This document shows positions 46,905-58,698 of a stretch of DNA of 64,000 nucleotides, one piece after another. The notes below the pieces were generated by a model that did not search any database, was not told the origin of the DNA, and worked only from the letters and a program-made list of their open reading frames with translations. The stretch comes from Sphaerodactylus townsendi. Taxonomy: Eukaryota. Positions within the stretch are counted from its first letter, which is position 1; each line of letters starts with the position of its first letter. The DNA lies in NCBI RefSeq assembly GCF_021028975.2, contig NC_059438.1, forward strand, positions 21,204,001 to 21,268,000, given 5' to 3'. Position numbers and translations under genes: made by a program.

Positions 46905-47580
46905 CTAGGGTAGACATGGAGAGCCCAGTGAAGGACAGCAAAGATCTCCTGCTTGTCCACGTCGTGAGTGAGGATTTGATGGAAGTGGTGCGTGAGGCTC
47001 TGGTGATACATGGCAGCAAAGGTCGAGAGTATGTTGTAGTGAGGCGGGCAGCATTGGACCATTAGATCTTTCACAATGCACAGTTCAGCCAGGATGGCAC
47101 TCTGCAAGGAAGCCAAGTACTTGGAGAGGGACCATCCCTGGGCCTCTCTGGGTACAGTCTGGAAGTGGGCGGCCACTATGGTGTCCTGGATGACCTGAAA
47201 GAACTTCTGCCGCCAGCCCTTTGGCCGTCCTGGTGGGAGGAAACCAGGGACCTGTGATCTTCGCAGCAGCACAGCATCGATGCCCTCTTCTCGCTCGATA
47301 ATGCGCACAGCAGAAACAAAGAGGGAAGGGTCCTCCAACATCAGCTTCAACCCATGGGCCACAATATGCCATAGCTGCTGGGCCAGGGCCTTATTCAGTT
47401 CCTGGAGGCCCCCAAAGTAGGATTCTATGCTGGCCAGGTAGGAAGGGCTGAGCAGGTTGTGGTCATGCAGTTGGGACAGGATGCCACCTTGCAAGCTCTC
47501 CAGGTTCATGAGCCCCATGTGAGCTTCCAGAAGATGCTGACGTTGCAAGAGGTTGAAACTCTCAGAAAGGAGTTTGTGAA
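46905..47580 (-). CDS. EXOC3L1: EXOC3L1 coding exon 4 (HKLLSESFNLLQRQHLLEAH...LHWALHVYP)
   Basis: 676 nt, Sec6-domain sequence, AG|gtcagt donor. Confidence 0.94.
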
Positions 47581-48869
47581 CTGTGCAAGGAAGAGGAGAA
47601 GGAACAAGGAGAAGATGTTCAAGGTCTCAAGATTGTGAACTGGACGCTGAAGGAAATTTTGAGGGGGACCAGCTACCTCAAGTGTCTTGGAAGAAGGGGT
47701 AGGATTTCCTACCTGTAGATGAGGCCTGAGGATCCCCCAGAACTACAGCTGACCTCCAGATGACAGATATGAATTCCCCTGGAGAAAATGGCTGCTTTGG
47801 AAGATTCTATGGGATTACACTCTGCTAAGGCTCCACCCCCCAAACCTAGTCCTCCCCAGGCTCCACCCACAATCTTCAGGAAAGTCCCAAACCAGAACAG
47901 GCAACTCTAGGAAGAGGTGAGAGAACAAAAATGTCAACGAGAGTGACAGAAATGATGCAGACCTAGAAAATAAGTATCATATCACCAGTTTTGCTGCCTA
48001 GATAGAAGATTGTTTATTTAATTCATTTCTGCTCTACCTTTTTTCCCAAATAGGGACCTAAAGTACTTTTTACAATGTTCTCTTTCCCTCCATTATATCC
48101 TCACATCTACCATATGAAGTACATTGAAGCTGAGAATGTGTGACTAGTCCATGATCACCAAAATATGGAACAGCAAAGATTCAAACTTTGGGCCTCCCAC
48201 ATTATAGTCCAACTGCTACCCCATATAATGAATCAGTGAGTTGAATCAAGCAGTCATTTTCTCCTTGGAAGGTTACTTTAATTGCAGTCACTCCATGTTG
48301 GATATGCACTGGCTTTAAATGGGAAAAAAACCCCAAACGCTAACATTGTTAACATATGAATGATAAGTTTATAAGGACTTCCATCATTTTTCACATCTTT
48401 GTAGAACGTTGAATCAATCCATCAAATAACTCAATGGCCATTGATTCACGTGTGGTCACCTTAGTTTTGATCGTACATTCCCTTCGAATTTGATTCTCGG
48501 TTACACATTCGTTTTCCCCTTGTTGGCAGTCACCCCGTCCATAGATCAGAGAATCCCCACGGTTTCAGAATTCTCTTACGGAGTGACTTTTTGTCTCCCT
48601 TTGGAGGGAAAGTGAAGGAGATGACCATGCATGAAGCTTTCCTTGATTTTTCTTGCTCTTTTTCGCCTTTGTCTGCCCATACCAAAGTAGCTCCTCTCAC
48701 GCTTTTTGATGGGGGCCAGCAGGCCACCCTTTCAGGACAACCAGAGGAGTTTCTTCTTTATTTTCATGGAAAAGGTCTATCGCTGGAGCAGTGAATCCAG
48801 TGAAATAGATAAGGCTGGGTTTGTTAACAAAGCTTTTGCCAGCCTTCCTTTTTATAATTATAATTATAA

Positions 48870-48870
<1 letters not shown>

Positions 48871-48920
<50 letters not shown>
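48871..48920. repeat. (TTA)n microsatellite
   Basis: About 16 units. Confidence 0.95.
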
Positions 48921-49959
48921 GGATTTAATATACCGCCCTATCCCCGAAGGGCTCCTTGTCTCCTCATCACCAGCTGTCACTGCCTTTTTTCTTTCCTCCC
49001 TTCCTCCCCAGACTCCTGCAAGACAAGTTTTTATTGCTCAGCATGGCAGACTCTGTTTTTTCTTATCAGCTGGCAGGTCTATGAACTAACGCTACACCAA
49101 ATACAACAACAACAACAACAAAAAGGTGGCAGGCAACCTCCCCAAATGGAGGCTGTAGGGAAACAGCAGGAGACAGATGGGCAAAATGGTGGATTAGTTT
49201 GGATAAAGACACTTCACAGGAGGGTGTCTTATATAAACAAAAAACCATGGGGGGAAAGAAGAGTGTAAACAGGAAAATTCTACTTCAAAGCAAACTTAGG
49301 GAACGATGGTTATTCAGCTGTGTGGTAAGTAATGCATACACGAATAGAAGAAAATTCCAACCAGCTTTTGGTAGCCTGTGAGTGGAAGATGTCTTTTGCT
49401 TCCTTCTATTTCTATTTCTACTTCTGCTGATGTGTGATTGTGTTTGTTTTTTAAATCTGATGTAAACAACTTTGAGTCCCATTGATCAGGGGACAGATTA
49501 CAAACATTTCAGATAAATAGATAAAATAGCCAGATGCCTGTTTCAGGAATTATTGTGGCTGTTTTCAGCCACTTTCTTTAAAGACTTCTGAATAGTCACT
49601 AATTTATCCCCTGCTGTTCTTCCCAAAGTAGTGTACATCATTCTCCCCTCCCTCGTTTTGTCTTCACAACAAACCTGAAAGGTAGGTTAGGCAGACGGAG
49701 GGTGACTGGCCCCAGGTCACCCAGCAAGCTTGCATGACAAAGTGAGGATGTGAGACTGCAGACTTTAGTCCAGCTCTCTGACCACTGTACCACACAGGCT
49801 CATGTGCTAAAGTTTCACAAGACAGGGGTTAAAAATGTATACCTGCTGTTCAGTGACTTCAGAGTTTCCTTGCAGTGGTGAAAAAAGAAAGAAAGAACCA
49901 TGCTCCAGAACCCACCCTCAGAACAGCACGGTGGAGGAACCGTGCCAAGAATGCCTCAC

Positions 49960-50179
49960 CTGAGAAAAGCTGCGGCAGTGTGCTGACAACCGAACCAAGC
50001 TGGGTGTGTTCCAGCGCCACTTCCCGTAGCAGCTGCAGGCTCTGGAAGGATCCTGCGCTGGACGCCAACTCCTGCTGCACGCTTTCCAGGGCTTGCCTCA
50101 CATGATGAATGTCGGCCAGGGCTGAATGGAGCTGCTCCAAGCCTGTGCTCATCCCCTCTAGGTAGGACTGCACAGTAGA
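49960..50179 (-). CDS. EXOC3L1: EXOC3L1 coding exon 3 (STVQSYLEGMSTGLEQL...LPQLFS)
   Basis: 220 nt, canonical splice sites. Confidence 0.93.
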
Positions 50180-50287
50180 CTATGGACAGGGCAGAGTGAA
50201 AGTAGAGTAGCAAGGCAGGCGTTCACACCTGACAGGCAGTATTAGAGGGGATATTAAATACTAGGAGAAGGGATATGGCTCAGGGGC

Positions 50288-50636
50288 AGAAGAAGAAAAA
50301 GTTTGGATTTGTACTCCACATTTCTCTCCTGTAAGGAGACTCGAGGCAGCTTACAAACTCCTTTCCCTTTTTCTCCCCACAACAGGCACCTTGTGAGGTA
50401 GGTGGGTGAAAGAGTCCCGAGAGAACTGTGACTGGCCCAAGGTCACCCCATCAGGCTTCATGTGTAAGAACAAGAAAACAAATTCCGTTCACTAGACGAG
50501 AGTCCACTAATGTGCAGGAGTGGGGAAACATAAGCAGTTTATCAGATAAGAGTCCTCTGCTCGTGTGGAGAAGTGGGGAATCAAACCGGGTTCTCCAGAT
50601 TAGAGTCCACTTCTCTTAACCACTACACCACACTAC
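50288..50636 (-). mobile_element. Squam3-like SINE with a duplicated head segment
   Basis: Reverse-complement copy; gtggggaa...ccagat segment repeated. Confidence 0.78.
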
Positions 50637-50715
50637 TTTCTGAGGTAGGCAGTATTTGCTTTTCATCAATTCGGTATGTGATGCGATTCTTTTAACATCG
50701 CAGAAAGCCCTAGAA

Positions 50716-50861
50716 CAGTGGTGGCGAACCTTTGGCACTCCAGATGTTATGGACTACAATTCCCATCAGCCCCTGCCAGTATGGCCAAGTGGCCGGGCTG
50801 GCAGGGGCTGATGGGAATTGTAGTCCATAACATCTGGAGTGCCAAAGGTTCGCCACCATGG
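50716..50861. mobile_element. Palindromic hAT-type MITE (TIR cagtggtggcgaacc)
   Basis: Perfect TSD ccctagaa. Confidence 0.9.
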
Positions 50862-51190
50862 CCCTAGAAAGAATACTGGGTAGCCTGCTCGAGTGTTTTT
50901 ATCCTAAAAATGCACTCCAGGATAACCTATGCGGAAATCTGTGTGACCGATCAATACAAAATCAGCTCTGGAAAATTAATGAATAGTTAAAACGAAAATA
51001 TATGCATATAGCATAACATACATAAATTGAAAGGGAGCAAGGAATATTAAAGCCCTCCTCCCTCAAACGAGCAGAGTCGAGACTAGGGCATATGGATAAA
51101 CAGGAATACAACCATGCAAGGACTGGGTTTTTAAAACCAGAGTGACCCAGAGGTTCTGGGAGGTATGCCTCTGTTGTTGTGATCGCCCAC

Positions 51191-51351
51191 CTTTATACGG
51201 GACTGGATGGAACTGTTGCGTTGCAGCTCCCGGATCCGATAGAACCCCAGACCCCTCAGTTGCTCTGTCCGATAAAATATCCCTGATGCCCATTTCAAGG
51301 CAGCGCCTCTTGCTAATTTTTCAGCCTTTTCCACTTCCGGCCATTCCTCCT
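51191..51351 (-). CDS. EXOC3L1: EXOC3L1 coding exon 2 (EEWPEVEKAEKLARGAALKWASGIFYR...SRIK)
   Basis: 161 nt, strong acceptor ttttctctttcag. Confidence 0.95.
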
Positions 51352-52540
51352 CTGAAAGAGAAAAACAGACTCGAGGAACGAACCTTGACGAGACAGGAAA
51401 ATCTCTTCCACCCCAGCTGCTTCCCTGCATGCAGAAAGGAAACAGGATGCGACTGTCTGGGAATGAATAGTCAATGGGCAGAACTGAGGGCCTTTTGCTG
51501 GAGAAGCAGAGAGAAGGAGCTTAACCCTTTCCTTGTTAGGGTTGCCGGGTCCTCCCTAGCTACCAGAAGGGGTGTGTGTGTGGGGGGGCAGGTTGGGGGG
51601 GGCAGGTTTGCCAGATCAAGGTTGGGAAATTCCTGGAGATTCTGGTGGAGCCTGGGGAAGTCTTGGACCTCAGGGGGGTTGCAATGCCATTGAGTCCACT
51701 CTCAAGGCACCCATTTTTTCTCTCCAGATTTCTGTAGTCTGGAGATGAGCTGTAATTCTTCTGGATCCCAGGTCCCCTATGGAGGCTGACACCCCAATTC
51801 CGCACCGATCTGGTGGCTTCTCCATTGCAAACAGAGAACCCCTCGAGTGCTTTTTCTGTTCAAGGAATTCAAACCGCATCTCACCTCTGGGATAAATAAG
51901 TTACCCAGGAGTTACCCTGTCAAGATGGCGGATGATGTAAAGAGACTGGTACTCATCCATCCCTCAGGACCAAATCAGATATGACAGCAGAGACCTCTTT
52001 GTCCTGTTGCAAGGGTGTGTGCAGGAAGGGGGGGGAGTTCTTTTATGTGAAGAGGGAAGGGCTGTGACTGCTTGCCGGCAGGAGGTACCCGGTTCAGTCC
52101 CCAGCATCTCCAGTTTAAAAGGATAAGGTTGTGATTTGAAGGACTTCTGCCTGAGGTAAAGGTAGGGTGAAGCTCTGTGGATGCTTTCAAATGATCTACT
52201 CCAGTTTGGATAACAAACCAAGAGCCAACCTCAGTGTGGAGGGAATTCTAGTTTTGTATTTACAAGGATCTGAAGTAAAAGATCATAGGGCAGCCTCTCA
52301 AATGTTAAATGTGATCTTCCCCTAGCCCTCTGGTGTGCAGCCTATTCTCCCAGCTCCATTCTCCAGCATGTATGAAGTAGGCCGAAGCCTCCTTTGTTTG
52401 GCTCCCAGGAAATCTTCCTGAGTTCTGTTCCCTGACAACACATCATCTCTTGCTCAGCAGAAATTTATCTCCATTCTGTTGTCTGCTTCCCAGCTGGAGG
52501 CCCTGACAATAAACAGCCGGAAGATTTATGAACAATATTA

Positions 52541-52712
52541 ATATTGTTGAAGGGTTTTACGGCTACAATCAACTGGCTGTTGTGGTTTTTTGGCCGTTTG
52601 CTCATAGAGCATGCATGCCTCTGAAGATACCAGCCATAGATGTGGTCGAAACGTTAGGAGCAAAAACTACCAGACCAGGACCACAAAGCCCAGAAAACCA
52701 ACACCAGCTGAA
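52541..52712. mobile_element. Penelope-like remnant with a minimal hammerhead ribozyme core
   Basis: cctCTGAAGAtacc...ggtcGAAAcgttagg at 52618-52658; flanks related to the 2511 element. Confidence 0.62.
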
Positions 52713-53616
52713 TTATGAACACTTTTCTTAAAAGGGGAGTTTCATCAGTGACACTGAGGCCTCCTAGTTCTGTCCCTCAACGCTCCCTCACACTAGAGTG
52801 GGCAATTTCACTACCATAGAATCACCCAAACAGGTCCTGGTTTCCCATGTTTTGCAATACCTTAACCTCTAATTCGGTTGCCAACCTCCAGGTGGGGCCT
52901 GGGGTTTCTTCCAGTAATACAACTGATCACCAGACTACAGAGATCAGTTCCTCCGGAGGAAATTGCCGCTTCGGAGACTGGATTGTCTGGCAAAGTCCCT
53001 GCCCAGGGACATTGGTGACGGGCGGAAAATAAATACACAGGAAATTATCACATCCCTGCTTAGCTGCCTTCCTTCCTCAAACCCGGTTCTCCTCAGGCAC
53101 TGGCCTGTAATCCCCAGGAATTTCTCAAGCTGGAGTTGGCAGCCTCACCCACCGGCCTTCTGGTGGTGTTGGGAATGGGAGCTGCTATTGGGAAGGGGTT
53201 GAAGCAAGCAAAGTATAGGGACAGCTACTGTGTGGTTGCCTTGTTGCTACTATGACTAACTCTGCTACTCAAAGAATCCAAATGGGGTGGAAGCAGCCTG
53301 GGTCTTACATTACAGCTTGCTTATTTCTAGAAGCTGCAGTCCTTACTGGGGCTCCCTCTCTGTGATTCTCCTCCCCCTACACCCCAAAGAGTGACCTATC
53401 CAGAAAACTCTCTCACCCTGTCATGGATGCTGTTTTCCCCCTCAACTAGGAAGGTGTCAGAAGGACAGGGAGTTAACCCTTTCCCCAAAAGACCAAAGGT
53501 GGAGACAGCCACAGAGCTAGGAAAGATGCTTCACCCATTACCCTCCTCACCACCTATTCCTGACATCCTGCCAGGTGGTACGGCCACCAGGATCCTCGAT
53601 CCGTGCCTCCCATTAC

Positions 53617-53659
53617 CTTTGGGGCTGGTGGATTCTTCCTCCTCTGCGGACATGCCCAT
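53617..53659 (-). CDS. EXOC3L1: EXOC3L1 first coding exon (MGMSAEEEESTSPK)
   Basis: ATG at 53659 (alternative 53653); phase-1 donor G|gtaatg fits the next exon. Confidence 0.7.
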
Positions 53660-53974
53660 AGCCTTCACTGCAGTGAGCCTGTTTGGAGTCTAGGGCTGGG
53701 CTCCGCTGAGGAAGCACAGCCCAGAGCCAGCTGTAGCCGTTTCCGTCAGTGATACCACTCACATCTCCTCAGGGGCCTGTTCTGTAACGCTGCAGATATA
53801 CTCAGGATGTAGGAGCAGGAGGGCGGGGAAAGCTGCAAATGGACACTTTAGTTCTTGGGGAAAGCAGAGGCTGCAGCCGCCCAGCAAACAGGGGGCCATG
53901 ATCCAGGCCATGCACACAAGTATGAATTGTGGTTGCTCTGCATGTATCTCTCTGCTTTCTACTACGCAGTCCTT

Positions 53975-54285
53975 ACTGGGGGAGTGGGAGTGGGAAGTGG
54001 GGGAGTGGGAAGGGAGGGGTGGCATGCAAGGGAAAGGGAGGGAGAGGAGGGAGGGAGGGAGGGTGGCATGCAAGGGAGGGGAGGGAGGGGAGGGAGGGGA
54101 AGGGGGCCCGGCATCTGGACATGGCCCACCCACCCTAGCAGAGGGAGAGGGAAGGGAGGGGTGGCATGCAAGGGAAAGGGAGTGAGGGAGGGGAGTGAGT
54201 GAGGGTGGCATGCAAGGGAGGGGAGGGAAGGAGGGAGGGAGGGAGGTGTGGCATGCAAGGGAGGGGAGGGAGGGGAAGGGGGCTT
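53975..54285. repeat. G/A-rich minisatellite with a GGCATGCAAGGGA core (5 copies)
   Basis: Cores at 54021, 54065, 54163, 54207 and 54250. Confidence 0.85.
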
Positions 54286-56379
54286 CAATGTGGATGCTGG
54301 GCATAGGTGTCTGTGGAAAATTATCGCCTCTTTTTCTTTATTTATAAATGTTCCTGAGCAAATAAATCAGGAGAGTTAAAGAGATGCACAGATTACTTCT
54401 GCTTTTCAGAACTTAACACAGCCAGTTTGAAAACTCCCCTTCCCTTCTCTGGATGTCCTTAAGAAGAAAAAAGAAACCCCCGTGCATTCCATGTGGCTGA
54501 ACAAGGTGAAGTGCTCCTTCCATTCAAGGAAACGGTCACTTAACATGAATGGGAATCATTCCTGCTACTCACTGTACCGTGCCCTGAACTGCCAGAGTTC
54601 CAAGGGAAAGAGAAAACCCCTCCTTGTTTAGCGAGTATAAGCCTAGCCAGTGATACTTCCTATGTGGCCACCAGTGGCCACCATATGGAGTGTGCACAAT
54701 GCGTTGTAGGAACCAGCATGGTGCAGTCATGGGAAAAGTGTAGATCTAGGATCTGGGTGGCACCTACTGGGCTTTCTCTCAGCCTAACTTATTTTACATA
54801 GTTGTTGTTGTAAAGTTGGTGTAAATTGCACCAAGCCTGAAAGGGGTGATACAGAAGGGGGCAGGGGTGGTGTAGAAACCTAATAATAATAATAAAGTTG
54901 AAATGGAGGGGGAGAATGAAGTAAGGGAGTTTTCTCCCACTGGGGAGAAAAGTGGAGAATATATATCTAAAATAGACATACATGCATGGGTTAACCCCTT
55001 TGTAAAAATCTACTATCTCAGCCTTCATGATACAGGGCAAAAATGTGCCTAATGCCTTCTTACTAGGAGTATGTCTGAGACCTTCATGATAAGGCTGGCA
55101 TTTGTGGGGGGAGCTGCTGCTGTCGAGTAAGATAACCAGTTCCCAACCAGTGCCATTCTATGGTTCTGATATCAGCAGGAAGCAGTTTAGGACTGAAGGC
55201 AGTAATAATTGGAGACCAGGGTAAGGCTAAGAGAGACAAAGGGGGAAATTTTAAAGACGTTAGGCGATCGAGTGATCTACATCCATGCAGACAGCATAAT
55301 TTGTGGTGACTTCAATATTATCCTTGATGGGGTTGCCTTGTACTTCTGTAAGAGGCCAGTGTGCTTTCGAAATCTATTTGGGAAAATGATTTATTTATTT
55401 AGAAAAAGCAACATGGAATCTGCCCTGGGCAATATACAACTCAGTATCAGTAAGCCAAGAACAACATGTCAAGCCAAATAACAAACTCTCAGAAGTGCTG
55501 GAGTTTTTGGATTGCCTCCACTGAGCAGGGTGTGCGTGTGTGAACGAGATGGCTTTTGAAGCCCCCATCCAACTCTCAGATGAAGCACCACCTTTTGTGT
55601 ACAGGGTGCTTTTCAAACTTTCGTTTGTTCTCACTGCTGGCATGCAAGATCATCAGTCCTCATACTTTGCAAATATGAAACTTCAGATGCAATCCAGTGA
55701 CTAGTCTGCCATTGGCCAAGCAAGCATCTGAAGCCAATTCCTGAGGCCAGGGGTCAACTTTGCTTATGCAATGTTTTGGGGTGCAGGCAATGGTCCTTGT
55801 ATCCCATCTGGCTGTTAAAAACACAGAATCAATTCCAGGCCTGTGCTTTCCTGGCTAGCTGGCAACTCTTCTAGCCCACCTGTGTAATGTTTATTTATTT
55901 CATTTCCATTAACCCGCTTTTCTCACCCAATGGGGTGACCCAAAGAGGCATATACCGGTAACATTTGTTTTCTATTTTATGCTCACAACCACGCTGTGAT
56001 ACCCTTCCCTTTCTTTTGCTTGCACCTTTCACAGCTCCTCTAATCAGACTTCAGGAAACTCCCGTTGTTTCCAATGGGCATTCAAGTCAAGTCGCCCTTC
56101 ATTGGCGTATCAGCATTAAAAACACACAAAAAAACTCTCCATTTATAACATACTAGAAGATCTTGAGAATCAGCTGCAATACTATAGAAGTCTTACTCTA
56201 TTTTTGTAGACGCATCTCAATACTGATACGTAGAAATTTGGCTGCTGTATCGGTTATATTATCAGCATCATTATTTAACATGCATACGATTTTTTGGTTG
56301 GTCTGATAAACTTTTTTACTTTTGCCAGAACCGGTTGCAAAAGATTTCAGTGGCCATTCCAAAAGTACGTTCTCTGAGG

Positions 56380-56713
56380 AGCGCTGCGTCCCATTGGCCA
56401 GCAGAGGTCGCTGCCGCGAAGAGCTCTTTCCCCGAAGGAGCCCGTTTAGAGGGCGGGTTTTATTTTAAAAAGGGGGCGGGGACAAAAAAGAAAGCGTGCT
56501 AGGCCCCGCCCCTTTCTCCCCAAGGTGGCTCCTTTCCTTCTCCTCCCGTCGTGCTGTGCGACGGCCGGAAGCGGCGGCGGCGACGGGGTCACCGCGCGGG
56601 GGCTGCACCGGGGACCTCGACGCTGAGGCAGGCGGATGGCGGAGTCCGGGCCTCAGCCGCCGGGGGGCGGCCCCAGCCGGCACGAGAAGAGCCTGGGGCT
56701 GCTCACCACCAAG

Positions 56714-56751
<38 letters not shown>

Positions 56752-56900
56752 CGACCTCAAGCTGGTGAGAGGGGGAAGGAGCCGGGCAGCACTCCCGGTG
56801 GGGCCGTGCGGGGTCGGGCGTGGGGGGGGGGGGACCGGCAGTGGAGAAGTAGGGGGGGAGTATGGAGCGGTCATGGCAGGTCAAGCTCAGCATTGCCCCC
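56380..56900. promoter_or_regulatory. CpG-island promoter of E2F4 (divergent from EXOC3L1)
   Basis: CpG-dense; inverted CCAAT at 56393-56397, GC boxes at 56451, 56472 and 56501, ETS-type CCGGAAG at 56565-56571. Confidence 0.8.
56636..56764 (+). CDS. E2F4: E2F4 exon 1 ([43 protein letters not shown])
   Basis: Short N-terminus plus start of the E2F4/5 DNA-binding domain; donor CTG|gtgaga. Confidence 0.96.
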
Positions 56901-56943
56901 CCCCCCTGGAGTTCATGGAGAAGTGACGGGAGCATGCTCGCGT

Positions 56944-57080
56944 TGCAGAATGAGACTTATTCCACATGTGTGCTAATGCATTGCAGAATGGGGCTTATTA
57001 CACATGTGTGCATGTGCAGAATGGGGGTTATTTCACATGTGTGCCAGTGTGTTGCAGAATGGGACTTATTCCACATGTTT
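56944..57080. repeat. Four-copy 33-38-bp tandem repeat in E2F4 intron 1
   Basis: TGCAGAATG..(C/G)TTATT.CACATGT at 56944, 56982, 57015 and 57053. Confidence 0.85.
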
Positions 57081-58238
57081 ATGTGATGTAGGAATGGCAT
57101 TTAGCTGGACGGTGGTCTCAGTATAGGACTGCACTGATTCCTCCCCCTCCCCCCCCTGCTTCCCTGTAGGGAGGATGAGGAGAAAGATGAAACATACCAG
57201 GTAGAATCCTTCCCATCCCACCAGAGATACGGCATAAGGGATCGAAGTAGTAGGGTTAAACCCCGTGCTTGTCCATCCAGCCCTCCCTGGTAGACATACA
57301 GGTGTATCAGACTGGTTCAGGTTCCCTCCTTTCTGTCGTGAAATCTGGATCAAGCTTTCTAGGCAGAATCTATCTTGCCTTACCACAGAGAGGATGGGCT
57401 TAGGGAGCGGGATCGGTGGGGTCAAGTTCAGATCCCTCCTCAATAGAGTCTATGGAGTAAGATGTCTGGCATGGGGTGGGACTTGCTCCTTGACTGTGCA
57501 CACTGGGGTAAATGGAACAGATGTGCTTGGATCAGTCCACCCGTGCCATCCTAACTTCATTTTGCTTTGAAATGGCACCCAATCACTTGCTTTCGCTTTT
57601 CCTTTTGCGAGCATGCCGACCTGAGGGATAGGTTTATGACCGAAGGGACAGCCCCATTATATAGGCTCTGTATGATGCTCTCTCCACCCTGCAAAGTAGT
57701 TTCCCCTGTCCTCGCCCTTCATCAGCAAAACCTTCTACTAAGGAAATGCCTACTAAGGCGTCACGTCTCTTGAACAGGGAGAGAGGCTGATTTGCATGGC
57801 GGGTATGCAGGAGTGCATGAAGGGCTCTCTGGGCGTGCGGCACAGGTTTGCTGCTTTTGTCGATCAAGCGCAGGTGTGACAGATTGCCAGCCCAGAAGCA
57901 CAACTCTGGCAGCGCTTGGGGCACCTGCCTTACCGCAACAGCAAAGGGGCTGTGGGTGTCATCTGCTCTTCCTGGAGAGCTTAACTGTAACTGAAATCTT
58001 ACTTGGTTCTGCTGCAGTGCTGGGAGGGTGGAATGTAGGAAACCCCATCAATAGTCTTGCAGTTAAAGCTTCTCGCTACAGTGCTCTGCGTGGACCAGAT
58101 GTGGCTGATGAAGAAAAGGGAAGGAGCTTCAGATGCTGTCAACCACAGGCATTTTTCAGTGAAGCATCACCAAAGCATTGTTCTAATTCACATTTGATGG
58201 CTTGTATGTTACACTTGGAGGGCTGTGTCACTTACAGT

Positions 58239-58698
58239 TGTATTCAGTTCTGGGCACCGCAATTCAAGAAGGATATTGACAAGGTGGAACGTGTCCAGAG
58301 GAGGGCAACCAAAAGGGTAAAAGGTCTGGAACCCATGCCCTACAAAGAGAGGCTTAGGGAGCTGGAGATGTTTAGTCTGGAGAAGCGAAGGTTAAGGGTG
58401 ACATGATAGCTATATTTGGAGGGATGTCATGTCGAAGAGGGAGCAAGCTTGTTTTCTGTTGCCTTAGAGACTAGTACACGGAGTAATGGATTCAAGGTGC
58501 AGGAAAAGAGAATCCACCCAAACATTAGAATTTCCTGACTGTTAGGGCTGTCCGACAGTGGAAATCACTGCCTCAGAGAGTGGGGGGAATCTCCTTCTTT
58601 GGAGGTTTTTAAACAGAGGCTGGATGAACATATGTCGGGAGTGCTTTGATTGTGTGTTCCTGCATGGCAGAGGGTTTGACTTCCAACTCTATGATTCT
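58239..58698 (+). mobile_element. CR1 LINE 3' fragment in E2F4 intron 1
   Basis: Encodes [31 protein letters not shown]...SLEKRRLR (CR1 ORF2 C-terminus); tail ccaactctatgattct. Confidence 0.9.

Larger units (their letters stand above)
38025..53659 (-). other. EXOC3L1: Gene span of EXOC3L1 (exocyst complex component 3-like 1): 13 coding exons, 2289 nt, 762 aa
   Basis: All introns GT-AG with consistent phases. LARGAALKWASGIFYR, CCPPHYN, LHWALHVY, ENIRVASL and LPSRHWLS match human EXOC3L1. Head-to-head with E2F4 as in human. Confidence 0.94.

Noticed and set aside
53759-54304. Pro/Ser- or Gly/Glu-rich ORFs
   Set aside because: Translations of a low-complexity minisatellite.
56944-57080. CRISPR-like repeat array
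   Set aside because: Vertebrate DNA; degenerate tandem units without unique spacers; no cas genes.
57792-58406. 204-aa ORF in E2F4 intron 1
   Set aside because: Non-ATG start; only the end is protein-like, and that part is a CR1 ORF2 remnant.
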